DNA of 64,000 nucleotides from Perkinsus olseni (Eukaryota): NCBI GenBank assembly GCA_013115125.1, contig JABANN010000117.1, positions 1 to 64,000 of the forward strand, read 5' to 3'. Shown piece by piece: positions 1 to 11,773 of this stretch (position 1 is its first letter; each line of letters starts with the position of its first letter). The notes under the pieces were generated by a model. It saw only the letters and a program-made list of their open reading frames with translations, ran no database searches and was not told where the DNA came from. The position numbers and the translations under genes were made by a program.

Positions 1-320
1 CGCTTCGAATCAGAGAAGATCAGATAGTCAGGTCGTGTCTTGTCCGAAGTGGCTTGGTCGCTTTCACTGTTATCATTGCTATCTTTGTCCCGAACTTCCA
101 AGGTCTTGTGGGCCTTCTTGGTTCTGTTTGTTATTCCCTTATTCACAACTTCTATCCCTCGATATTTTATATTCGTCTCTTCCTGTTCGGGCCTTTGAAA
201 GAACGCTCCGGACGTATCATGATTAAAGTAGCAGGTCTCACGATTCTCCTCGTCATCTCGGTGATAGGGTCAATCTGCGGTATACATGAGGCCATCTCAA
301 CTCTGATAGAAAAGCTTTGA
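1..320 (+). CDS. Amino acid transporter (AAAP/Aa_trans family), 3' part; truncated by the window edge
   Basis: Frame is open from base 3 to the stop at 320. VPNFQGLVGLLGSVCYSLIHNFYP is nearly identical to the C-terminus of the neighbouring 801-2030 ORF. Confidence 0.8.
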   Translation, partial: LRIREDQIVRSCLVRSGLVAFTVIIAIFVPNFQGLVGLLGSVCYSLIHNFYPSIFYIRLFLFGPLKERSGRIMIKVAGLTILLVISVIGSICGIHEAISTLIEKL

Positions 321-800
321 CGCCGAATTTACTTGCAAGTTAAGCAGCACTACATTCGGCCGCTCGGGCTGGTTTATACGATTTAGGACTTATTATATTG
401 AATTGGTATCGTCTGATTTGTTTCCGTCATTGCTGCGCTGCTCGAAGTGCAGGAGCCTCGGCTCAATCACACGGTCCCTTGCCTGCATCTGGTGATGCGA
501 ATTCTCATACCTTCGTTTGGAAGTCGGATGATTATTACCTAACTCACTTCTGGAGAATGCCTGGAGAACACTTCTTGGGTTGCGCATGAATGCTGAGGGG
601 GAGACTGAGGGGCGTGATGGCTGTGACTGACGACTTGATAGCCTCACCATAGTGGTTCCTCAGTTGTAGGGTTGTTCGAAGCAAGTCGAAGTCTGATTCG
701 CGTGAGCAACTCTGCTAGTCTTCTCGAGGGAGAGTTTCGGATAGACTGATGGTGCGTCGAGCGTTTAGAAGTCGCGGTTATTCAGATTTCTCCAACCTTA

Positions 801-2030
801 ATGGACGCTGACTCGCAATCATCCGTCAAAGTCGGGGTGGAGCCCGGCAAGCAAACTACCAGGTCTGCGGTCACAAATATGCTACTGACCGGTGTCGGTG
901 TTGGAATGTTGAGTATCCCCAGAGCTGTTGCCGAAGCTGGCTATGTTTTGGGTTTTTTCATTCTCATTGCCTGCGGGCTTTTGGGTATCTTTTACATCCA
1001 GCTGTTGAGGCTGTGTATGACTCCTACGACACAGAATTATGAAGATATAGGTCGCAGTGCTTTCGGTCGTGTTGGTCTTGTCTGCGTCACTGTCGCCCTC
1101 AACGCAGCTTTGATAGGAACGAGCTGCCTGTTGATGCTCTTACTGGGTTCAAACACTGTGAAGCTTTTTCCAAAGTTGGAGCAGGCTTACTGGATACTCT
1201 GCTGGGGAGCAGTCATGCTTCCACTCTCATGGCTACGTACGATGAAGCATGTTGGCTATGTGAGCGGTACCGTTGGTGTTGCGGCGTTGTTAGTTCTTTT
1301 AGTTTCGATTGTGGTCGGAAGTATTCTCAATGCTGTGAATAGACGGGACGTTTTGTCCTATGACCCCGCACCACAATCACTTGTTGGCCTTGGCATTACC
1401 TTCGCAAGCATGACTTTCGGTTACGCCGTTACCTCTACTTCGACAACAATCATGCACGATATGAAGTACCCGAATGAACGTAGTCGAGCGATATACATCT
1501 CAATGACTATCCTGATCATCCTCTACTGTATTATAGCCGGGTCAGGATATGCTGGATGGGGTCACCAGCTGCTAACCTACGACACGGTTATCGACGCTAT
1601 GGCTCCCACGGGTGAGAAAATAAGCGTTGTTGCCTATCTGTCTATTCTGTCTATTTTGGTTGTATGTGCAACCCATTATGTTGTTCTTATGAACCCATCT
1701 TTTCGTATCGTGGAGAAGGCACTGAAGGTTACGGAGAAGCACATCCTCTGGTCACTACTGGTACGAACAATCATGGTTGGATTCACCATTCTCATACCAA
1801 TCCTGGTGCCCAGCTTTCAAGGTCTTGTCGGCCTTCTTGGATCAGTCTGCTTCTCGCTCATTCATAACTTCTACCCCATCATTTTCTGGCTGAGGTTGTC
1901 ATATGTGCGAGGGCGCCGAGTAGATTCTTCTCCCAGGAGGATAGCGGCCGTTATTGGACTAGGATTCATCTTAGTCATTTCGGCTGTCGGTTCCTGCTTT
2001 GGTATATACCAATCTATCATAGTACTGTAA
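801..2030 (+). CDS. Amino acid transporter (AAAP/Aa_trans family), intronless, 409 aa
   Basis: N-terminal NMLLTGVGVGMLSIPRAVAEAG motif, YEDIGRSAFG, and about 11 hydrophobic segments. Confidence 0.9.
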   Translation: MDADSQSSVKVGVEPGKQTTRSAVTNMLLTGVGVGMLSIPRAVAEAGYVLGFFILIACGLLGIFYIQLLRLCMTPTTQNYEDIGRSAFGRVGLVCVTVALNAALIGTSCLLMLLLGSNTVKLFPKLEQAYWILCWGAVMLPLSWLRTMKHVGYVSGTVGVAALLVLLVSIVVGSILNAVNRRDVLSYDPAPQSLVGLGITFASMTFGYAVTSTSTTIMHDMKYPNERSRAIYISMTILIILYCIIAGSGYAGWGHQLLTYDTVIDAMAPTGEKISVVAYLSILSILVVCATHYVVLMNPSFRIVEKALKVTEKHILWSLLVRTIMVGFTILIPILVPSFQGLVGLLGSVCFSLIHNFYPIIFWLRLSYVRGRRVDSSPRRIAAVIGLGFILVISAVGSCFGIYQSIIVL

Positions 2031-2181
2031 CTAATTCTATCATCATCTGATATTAGCTCGCGTGAAGCTGGAGTAATTGGCATGAAGCTTCTCGCTATAG
2101 AAATGATTCCACTCGTCACCAACTTTCTATTATCATTTCATTGTAGTATTGTCGTGTTGATATCAACTCAACATGCGGAGA

Positions 2182-4345
2182 CTAAGGCGACGCACGACGA
2201 CGCGCTCGCCTGGGCATACCATTAACCACATCAGAACTGTCAGAGGAGCTACTCGAGTCAAAGCGATTCAATCGTAACGGAGTGTAAGACGGAGGCACCC
2301 TCTTCGGCTTGCACAGGCCGAAGTATCTCTGTAGTATACCAAACCAGAAAACCATATCCCAGAGTGTTGTTGCTGGCGCAAGCATGAATGCATATGGCCC
2401 GTACGACATCACCGTCCAGCGTAGACTGAAGTGTTGCCCCCAGAGCAGCACTGGTATGGTGGGGAATGACCAGCGGCTCTTGGCGTCTAGGCTCTTCACC
2501 ACAGCAAAGCACAGAGCCAACTTAATACTCAGACCAATGAACGCAATGGCGTAAGTGTCATTCGGCATCCACGACGGAGAGCGGAGACAGAAGATGCCAA
2601 AACCGAACACAATGCTCGGGCACCCATGGTAGCCGACAGCGAGGCTCCACGGCAGCACTGGTATGAGCATGGCGATACCACACAGAAGGTAACACAGAAG
2701 TTTCCCAGAGCGGAGAAGAGTAGAGCGCAGAAACCAAGCCAGGAGGATGTTGCCGATCCAGAACGCAGCCGACCCGAAAAACATAGCCGTATGCATGTTA
2801 GTGAACGCCCATTGCATTGGCAGTGGCAGCAGCCTCCTTCGGGGGTTGAGAGGTGCGAGGTTCGTCTCGACACGAGAGTCTCCGTTGTTGTAAGTCAGCT
2901 GCACGATGGCATCTTCCATAGGCACATCGGGGTCTAAGCGACCGCTATACACGAGGTCATCGGAGCCTTCACGGGTGAGATCGACCGTATGACCATGGCC
3001 GATGATCTCCACCTTGTCAACGTCACGCGCCCCAACCACAGTAACAAAAACTTCACCACTATCACGAACAACGGGAGGCAGAATGGTCGGGACGAGGTTC
3101 TCGTCCGGTTCTATCGAATACCGCCATTCTCGAGGGTCTACGGACTCCGGGGTCGGTGGGGGGAGCTGCAGCAGCCGAACTACCCCGTTGAGCTTGAAGT
3201 CTGGTATCTAGAGGAAGTGAATGAATGGTACTAAAACGAAGAGTATGCCTCGTCACCTCCATCTCGAGAAGCTTCTCAAATTGGGCGTACATCCAATGCC
3301 CCATCACCGTGTGGGTGTGCCCCGTCAAGAGAACGTGCACATCGGAGGCCTCGTGTAGTATCCGAGTGAGTCGTCGGCGGCTCGACGGTTCCAACGTCCC
3401 TGATCGAAGCGGCGCTGCGGCGAGTGGTGCGAGCTCACAACGGGCGTACCGAAGTTGTAGTGAGTGACGATGATCGTCCTCATATTCCGTCGTTTCTGGA
3501 TCCACTCCGCTTCGAGCCACGCTTCCGTCTCTTCAGAAAGTTCCCCGAAAAAGTGTCGACTAGCCCCGGCGGAGGGGGTGAGGTCGAGGCCGATAAGTAG
3601 ATAGTCATTCACTGGGAGCATCCAACTGCCGCTGAGACCTCGGACAAGCTCCGGGGACTTCGGCCACAGCTGAGACCAATGCACCCCTGCGTAATAAGCT
3701 AGACGAGCATGAGCTCACCTGCTCGACCATATCGCGGTAGAAATGATTCTTTTCATCGTCATAGCCGGCGACTGCGAAGGAGTCATGGTTACCACTGAAG
3801 AGAGCACTGACCAGGCGGCCGGAGAGACGGACGTACCGGACAGTGAGAATTGGACTATGAGGGGCGCACTCGGTCAACAGCACGTGGCTGAGCTTGGCCC
3901 ACTCCTCTGCTATGGGGCCGGGGTACTGGCCGCTCCAGGCCGCCACATTAGAGTCCACCAGATCCCCTCCGAGGACTGAAACACGCCCCTAGGGTGGACG
4001 ACCTGCTTGTCACTGCGAGGAGGTAATACCCGTAGCGACCAAGCCGTGGTCCTTCACTCGAGGAAGGAAGTCACGACAGAATGTGGAGAGCTTATTGATT
4101 GTGATGTTGTTGAACCTGGGAGGGACGCCGCTTCGCGGATGGTCGAACGAAGCTGAGCTGACTCACTGCGAGACATGTATATCAGAAATGTGGATTAGGA
4201 ATGGTACCGGTTGTGCAGCAGCCAGGGCGGCGGTGGCGGTCTCGGGCTCGACGGCAGCCGAAGGGACAGGGCCCAGCAGTAGCAATGCTACACAGTAGAG
4301 TCGAGGGAGTAGTTGAGATAAATGACGAATGACATCGAAGACCAT
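2182..4345 (-). CDS. TMEM62-like calcineurin-type metallophosphoesterase with C-terminal membrane segments (multi-exon)
   Basis: Signal-peptide-like start, then the motifs HISDIH (~4170), GGDLVD (~3960), GNHD (~3785) and TGHTH (~3315) in order across exons; hydrophobic last exon. Confidence 0.75.
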
Positions 4346-4693
4346 TGGACGCACTCTACTGGCAGAGAGAGCACATATCAACGCGCAACGAACGCAGCAG
4401 CGCCATTCAGTAATGTTAGTCGAAGCTGAGGGGGAGTTGATGATGAGTCGAACGGCAGCAGCAGGCCCGATGGCTGTGCATGGTTTCGCCGTTAGCCATG
4501 GTCAGCATAAGATATCCGAATAGAGGACCGCTAGGAGAGAATGGTGTAGGCTGCGTCCGCCTAGGCAGCATCAGCAGCCATATCGCCCCACCACAGAAAA
4601 CAACAACAAGACCAATTCAAGTGTAAGAGACCCCTCACGTATAGCGGCTAAAACTAAGGAAATGTCCATTCTCTCATCATCATCACTCTAGCT

Positions 4694-5645
4694 TCACTCC
4701 TTGCCCTCCTTTCCATCGTCCTCTCTATTCTCGCCCATGTCGTCAGCCGGGCCACGGTTATTCATCATCCGAGACCCCCTAGACGGCCTCTCCGGCAGGG
4801 GCGCCGTCAGCTTCTCATTGTCGAGTATCGCCACGTCGAGGAAGTCACCCGGCTGGAACTTCACCTCCGCTAATGTACGGCCGTCCGGGAAGGTTTCATG
4901 GCTGTTGTAAACCTGAACGGGGAACTCTACCGACCGTCGCGCGCCACGAAATTCATCTCCGTGCAATGGGGATCACCACTCCTAGTAACTACCTCCCCAA
5001 TCCTGGCCATCACGAAGCGGCCACTCCTGTCCGGGTAGATGAGCCTGAAGCTGAGCTTCTTCGTACGACCGCGAGATTCCGGCAAGATATCTTCGATCAA
5101 ATCTGAGGGGAAGGCGAGGAGCGTTCGATGCTGAGAGGACGGCGGCAGTGGACTACCGGAGATTTCTCGGAGGGAGGCGTCCGGCCAAGTGTAGACCTGC
5201 AGCTCCTCGTCGACCGGCAACTCTTCTAGCTTAGCGAAGTCACCGTCGTTGTGATGGGACCCCATACGGTAGAAGACCCGCAATAGGAAGGGGCATGTCT
5301 GGGCTCTGAAAAATGATGTGGAGTGATAGTCGGCCCGACAGTTGAGTGAGGTGATCACCTGTCGATAGCGATGCCCCTCCTGCGTTGAGGCGGTCCACCA
5401 CCTCTTGGTCCCCTAGGGGTGCTGCCCGGGGGAGGCATCAGAGGCCTCCGATAGTCCGACCTGTAGTCGAGTGAGTGAACAGTAGGATGACAATATGACC
5501 AGAAGAGGGCAGAAGAGGGAAGAGTTGAGCCCTCCCTCTACCCCAACCCCGGGCACTACCTGCGACCCTCATCGTCGTACGGCCTAGATCTCCTCTCCAT
5601 CGGACGAGATATATCATCAGAGTCCCTGCGCTCTCGACGAGACAT
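4694..5645 (-). CDS. SAP18: Sin3-associated polypeptide p18 (ASAP complex subunit), multi-exon
   Basis: TCPFLLRVFY, ELQVYTWPDASLREI, LSFRLIYPD and TLAEVKFQPGDFLDVAI are SAP18 signature segments; Arg/Pro-rich N-terminal exons. Confidence 0.9.
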
Positions 5646-5739
5646 GTCAGCCAGGATCAGCTACGGACTGCAACCACACTCGGAAGGCCCTCCGACCAAC
5701 GCAACTCCATGTTGCAGACCGAAACATGCACACTGGCAG

Positions 5740-7904
5740 TCATGTGCCGCCAGCCTCATCACCGCCGTCCTCTTCCTCAGCCTCATGTCGCCTCTCAGAC
5801 TCCACCAAAGCGTGAATCAGGCGCACCCAGTCCGCGGGTTCCAAGTCCCCAGGAAGTGTCTTCGGGTCCTTCCCTATGGCGGCGAATACTTCGCCCATGT
5901 CCGCCAGAGGCCACAGCCTGCATCAGCAGTCTCGATCCGACCACTACGCACTCCCGCTGTCACTACCTTGCCGCATATTTGGCGACGGGTCGACTCCGTG
6001 AGAGCCCATCGGAGAAGCACATTCGTAAAACGGCGTCGGCCAGTATCAAGTCGTCATGGCCCAGAGAAGCCTCATCCTGCAGCCGAGGCCGCAGCAGGAC
6101 TACCGTGTCGAAAACTGGGTGGAAGGGCTCGGACTCCGCAGGCTTTTCCCATCCCCTGGCCTGAGGTATGATTCTCAACCTAGTAAGATAGAGAAGCCCC
6201 CCATGTCATTGCTGGGCCTTCTGATGGTATTACCGCCAGAAGGACGCCCCCGGTCTTCTTTTTCGCCTCTCCTAGCCAGTGAGGTGCTCTCTCTACCACA
6301 GCAGTCCCCTCCCCTATGACGGCAGCTAGGCCATCCGACCCCGCCTGCCGAGTGGCCTCGATGGTCACAGGCTCGGAGGTGTCCTCGGGGGGTCGCTCCA
6401 CAATGGGGTCGATCGTCCACCCCATTTGAGCAAGCACCGCCAGCCTGCCATAGGCAGTCGGGTCATCCTCGCTGAAGTCGTCCGTCGAAGTCCGAGACGC
6501 CATGAGCCGCTCCTTCAACTTCAACTCATCAGGATAGCACAGCACAATAGGGAGACAGGGTCTGTGGAGCAGAGAGCTCGCCACTGCCAACACGCCGTGC
6601 TGACAAGAAGACACACTTGGAACCCCCCGGGCAGCAGAGTATGATACTATCGCTCTATCTCACCAAATCAGTGGCGAAGATAACCACAGCGTGTCCAACC
6701 TCCGCTGATCGGATGGCGCCCTCGTATGGCAGGACCCGGGCTGCTCTATCAGAATTTATACCAGCTCGAACTGAGCTTGCCCGCACAGACCTCGCTATAT
6801 GCTCGGCTGTTTCCACGTCCTCCACCGAGAGGCCCACTACGTGCCTGAGCGAGCGTCGCTGCATTTCTTCCAAGGTGATGCTGCCCTGACCCCTTGCCCA
6901 GCCGGGAGGCCTCTAGCGTCATCTTGACGAGTATCCGGGCAGTGTCCTGCTCCTCGCCGTCCCCTACCAGCACGAGGGATCCACTTTCAGGTATGAGGTC
7001 GAGGATACGCTCGAGCAGTCTCGTATCCGACCTAGGGGCAACGCTTATGAGGTTCTCAGGGCAGTCGGACGGTACCTGCTGACTCTCTCCACACTATAAG
7101 GAGAGGTGGGGTCTGCCAGGGCCCGGCCTCTGTTGAATATCTCATCGTAGGTAACACCCTCGAGCTTAGCTTGCATTCTATACCGACTCTTGTCCAGTCG
7201 GAATTGGCATAACGGGCAGCCTGATAGGCTTTTGTACAACTTTACCTCTCGGAAACTCATTCTCCTTCTACCACAACCACTACTACCGCGCTAGTGGCAG
7301 GGGTGGTCGTGATGGAGCTACCGCGGCTGTCAGCACTACTACCCTCACTACCTCGCCTCTCACACACATGTAGCTGAGGGGACATCCTGAACCTCCCATG
7401 AAGAGGGCAACGGATGGTGACATCGGTGAGCAGACCGTGGTAACTGATAACTGCGCCCCTTCACAGTACGATAGCAGAGGCCCTACTCTACTAAAGAGTA
7501 GTCGTATTTATTGCCATGCACAGCTATCATGTCCTTCACGACCTGCCGTAACACCAGCTTGCGCTTCTGTCGCTTATATTTTCCCTTTATCTTCACACCT
7601 TGTAGCTCATACCTGACCATCAACCTCCGTGAGTCTGTCTATTAACCGCTAGAACGCGCCCAACCACTATTGAGTCGCGAACAACCTACAGTGGCCGCTA
7701 CCTCCTCTTAGCCTCCTTGACAGTGAGACTAAATCCCTTATTCCAATCATTGAACGCGTCTTCCGGCTTCACGGGTGGCAATCTGGTTAGGTCGGATGAC
7801 CTCACCCAGCGTCTCCCCGCTGGAGGCAGTAGTCCGACAACAGCCGACTTCCTCTCGGCTCCACATCGCCTTGCTGCTGTGACGACGGTGACGGGCCGCA
7901 ACAT
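5740..7904 (-). CDS. Divergent KsgA/Dim1/TFB1M-like rRNA adenine dimethylase homologue with an N-terminal zinc ribbon and probable mitochondrial presequence (multi-exon)
   Basis: Spliced translation gives KERLMA...YGRLAVLAQ, FHPVFDTVVLLRPR and a C-terminal DPKTLPGDLEPADWVRL, all KsgA-family-like. The N-terminus is Arg-rich (MLRPVTVVTAARR) and is followed by VHGNKYDYSLVDY...CPLHGRF...GCPLC. Confidence 0.65.
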
Positions 7905-8557
7905 AATACGAGACGCTTGGCAACACCTCAAATACGAGGGCGGACAGAACGGGCGATCTACAGGTACTCGTGAGGACTGGTAAGCGTAGAACTAGGAACG
8001 CCAGCAGCCACCCTACTACCTCGCTATTGAAATAGTAGTCCTTCCCGCTATTAACTCGAAGACAAAAGTGCCATGAAACTTCTGGTGCTAGTTCACGGTA
8101 TGAACTACAATGGGAAACCGTAGTACTACTATATTACCACGAAGAAAATGTGCAATCATAATCATCCTAAGCAACAGCAGCAGCACCAATGGGAAGGGGG
8201 CGATTATTAATAGTCACGCGAACAGAAAAGGATTCACGCCAGCGAACGCAAACCATCCTAACAGAAGGCGAGCCTCCCCAAACACGATGAAAGGAGCCCC
8301 TAAACAATCCAGTCCACACGGCGACGACAGCGGCAGCGAAGGGTGATGGTGCTAGCAGATAATGCCGCTGGACAAAAGTCCATCGGCGGCGGTGATGCCC
8401 ACTTTAGGGTCGTACCCGCAGGCCTCATCGTAAACCCGTATAGCCGCTCATCAGCGGGCAGCAGAGACCAGGAGTGCTCAGTAGCGAAAAGCGGAAGGCA
8501 TAGTGCATATGACATCAGAGATCAGATTGAGTAAAAAAATCGGAAAAAGAGCTTCCA

Positions 8558-9545
8558 CTAATGGGCGTGATTGGAATCTTTCGGCTTCGACGACGACTTG
8601 ACTTTGTCGGAAGTCTTCTCGTCAACCAAAGATTCCTTCTGCTCTTTCAAAACGTTCGCCGGCTCGACCGTGCTAGTCTCCGAGGCCTTATCGGTAACAG
8701 CTTGAGCACTCCCAGCCGGGCTAGTAGGCAGCACCGCCTCTTCTGAGTGGTCGACGCCGAAAAAGCTCTTGGCCATCTCAAGGGCTCGCTCATAGACGGC
8801 GGATCCCTGGTCGAAGAGGATGGTCCGCTTCTCGTTACCAACTGTCATGTCCAAACCTGAGAATAGTGCAAGTAGTAGACAGAAAAAGACAGCTATGAAA
8901 TGAGAGCGAGGCGCCGGTGGAGACCAATGCCCCCGTCCTCTTACCCTTAGCGGTGACCATGAGGATGCGGTCTCGTAATCCTAGGACAGCACCGACGAGC
9001 CTACTATCCTGATCAAGCACGACGTGGATGTCGAGGTCGAGGGATCTTGGTACGCTCTGCAACCTCGATGATACAACCTAGGGTGATGGAAAGGACAGTT
9101 GCTGCGAGAGAACGAGAGGAAGAAGACTCCTACATGGTACGTGTCAGTGGCCTTAGTAATGACCACGTCTCTGGCGTTAACGAAGTCGTTTCTCTTTTCG
9201 GTAATGAGCCCATCGAGCTTGTTCCGCAACCCTTCCTCCTTGAGCTGGAGGGAGTCTCGGACGCCTTGCACAGCCTCGACAGCGACAGCAGACTTATCGC
9301 GGACGCTCTGAAAGTGGCAACGGATGACGCCTGACAGATCACCCTCCGAGGCCTACCAGGACGTAATAGTTGCCCTTGTTAACAACGCCATCAATGGCAG
9401 CGTCGATCTTGACAACAACGGGCATACCGTAGGCATCAGCAAGCCTCAGACTCGTGTCCACCAGAGGAATCTTCTCTCTAGCGACCTCAACGGGCAAGTG
9501 GGCTTGGCACCAGGAGACAGAGGTGTTCACAGCAGAGCTCAACAT
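8558..9545 (-). CDS. Hypothetical helical protein, weakly perilipin/PAT-like (about 4 exons)
   Basis: ORF segments 9339-9560, 8981-9271, 8835-9062 and 8558-8854 are separated by GT-AG intron-like gaps; amphipathic helical composition. Start codon uncertain. Confidence 0.5.
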
Positions 9546-9833
9546 GTTGTACTGCAGCAAGTAGGTACCCTAGGACTGCTACTACTACTACTATGCTAGG
9601 GCAAAATTATGGTTGCGCTAGAGCGGAGCGAAGCAGTTCCTGTCCCCCGCTTGCGTCATCATCGAGCGGTCATCCTTCCAGTGACGTGCCCCAACTTCGT
9701 GGTCGAAGAACGCAAGGTGGTAGGGTAGGCCGCGGGTGCTGGGAGAGGGTAGAGAGGGGTACTAATAGTACCCCTACTGGTATTACCATAGTACCGTACT
9801 ATGGTAATACCATAATGGTATTGGGCGAGGGCG

Positions 9834-11099
9834 TTGGAGCCGCTGCTGCATTGGTTGGAATCGGTGTTAAGTATTTGCAGTAGCGTTTTCATGCGAACTC
9901 CTGTTCTTTCGCATTCTTCCTCTGCCGCCTCTTCGCCTTCCTCTTCACCACACTCCTCCAGCGGCACTCGATCACGTTCCCCCTACGCTGTGAAGCGGAC
10001 GTTAATCAAACGGGTGTTGCCATCAAGAATGTCGCCGAAGCCGCTCGCGTCGAAAACCTTCCTCGACGACCAATCGCGAGAACTCGATTCCGCCCAAGGG
10101 TCGTTTATTTGCGACGTTTGTGGTAGTCGGGATGGATGTACCAGGGAGGAGGCGGCCAGTGGCAACCACCTCTGCGAAGATTGCTGGGAGGAATCCCAAC
10201 GGACCCGCGCTGCCGAGCTGAATGAAGAGCGCACGGCGAAGAATTGCTCCTGGGGGATGGAGGAAGAATCCACTGATGACGATCGGTACGGCATGGACGA
10301 AGAGGACGAGGAAATGGGGGGAAGTGACGACGAATATGAAGTGGAAGAACCGGACGAGGAAGAAGAAGAGGATAGTTTAGTCGATAGCATGTGCCCGGAC
10401 TTCGCCCATCGGTCGGTGATGGCGCTAGAGCTCGGCCGGGCTGCTCAGGACCAGGAGGAACTGCGGCTCAACAAGGAGCTGTTGGACGCGTTTTACAACA
10501 CTGAGGTTAACAGGGATTTGTTAACTCAACTGTACACTAAGAAACGAAGTGCTAAGACCGGCGACGATGACGAAGAGGAGGGGGGCGATGATGATGATGA
10601 TGAGAAGGAGGCCCAATCCATCAGTTTCTCTACCCAAGGTTTGGTACGATTTTTCGACTCGGCCGCTTCAATGGCCGACACGCACATCCGCAGTTTCCCC
10701 CTCGAGGTAATAGCGGAGGATGGTAGTGATGGGATGGATGGTCGTTGGTTGTTTCAGATAAAAGCTTTCGACGGGCAGTCGGGCCATCAGGCCAATTATA
10801 TAGGGTCCGCGATGGAAGAAGAGGAGGAGGAAGAGCCAATGCTGGATGCTGACTACGAGGAAGGGGAAGAGGACGTGAAAGCTGACGAGGATGGTAGCGA
10901 ATCCACTGCTGAGAGCGATGGGGAAGCTGCCGATGACGACGACGACGAAGATTGGGACACCAGTAGCCTAGCCGAGTACACTACAGATGAATTGTCACGT
11001 ACTAGGGAAGGGAGGGGTGACGGTAGCAGCGGATTACTCTCGTCACTGTGTTCAGATATCCGGGACCTTATGTCCACTCCTCGAGGGAGTCTTTCCTAG
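9834..11099 (+). CDS. Hypothetical Asp/Glu-rich protein with a CxxC...CxxC motif, 421 aa
   Basis: Uninterrupted ORF with CDVC...CEDC and long acidic tracts. Confidence 0.7.
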   Translation: MEPLLHWLESVLSICSSVFMRTPVLSHSSSAASSPSSSPHSSSGTRSRSPYAVKRTLIKRVLPSRMSPKPLASKTFLDDQSRELDSAQGSFICDVCGSRDGCTREEAASGNHLCEDCWEESQRTRAAELNEERTAKNCSWGMEEESTDDDRYGMDEEDEEMGGSDDEYEVEEPDEEEEEDSLVDSMCPDFAHRSVMALELGRAAQDQEELRLNKELLDAFYNTEVNRDLLTQLYTKKRSAKTGDDDEEEGGDDDDDEKEAQSISFSTQGLVRFFDSAASMADTHIRSFPLEVIAEDGSDGMDGRWLFQIKAFDGQSGHQANYIGSAMEEEEEEEPMLDADYEEGEEDVKADEDGSESTAESDGEAADDDDDEDWDTSSLAEYTTDELSRTREGRGDGSSGLLSSLCSDIRDLMSTPRGSLS

Positions 11100-11773
11100 T
11101 TCTAAGCCATCCTCCTCCTCGTCGCCGCAGCAGCACCTTCCACCGCTACTGCTATTCTATGCATGATACTATTGTTCACGACAGTCTCGTAGCCGTCAAG
11201 TTTGTTTTATTGCGACCCGTCATAACCACCAGCACAATCGCCGTCGCATTTGCCGAGTCTAAAGTTGTTCTACAGTTGTTCCTCTCGATGACAACTACGG
11301 TCTTTATCCTTCCCACCGTTAGTTGTTATCGAAGTTCATTACCTATTGTACCTTTCCCACCTTTGTAGTGGTTGTGTCTGTCACTAAGGTTGATGAGTGT
11401 AGTGGGACTAATACATCCAGGGCTATGATATGGAAAACAGGCTGCATGTTCAATAGATCTCTCCTGCGTTTCAAGAAGACACCCAGGCTCGTATTCTACA
11501 CTTAAATTCGATCCTGGGAGTGCTCCTGAAATCCAGGAGATGCAGTCTATTGAACACCCCCAGTGCCACAAAACGAAGGCTATCCGCGTGATCAAAAACA
11601 TCAGAGGCGACCGCTATGCAACATGGGAAAGTGGAAAACTTCCTCCGTAGCCCTCGCTAGATGTAAAGACAACCCCCGTTGGATAATTGATATGATGAAC
11701 TCAACAAAAAAACATTATCAGCCAGTTGTTCCTCGGCCAGAGACCAGCGCCCATTTCATCAAGCAACAGCAGC

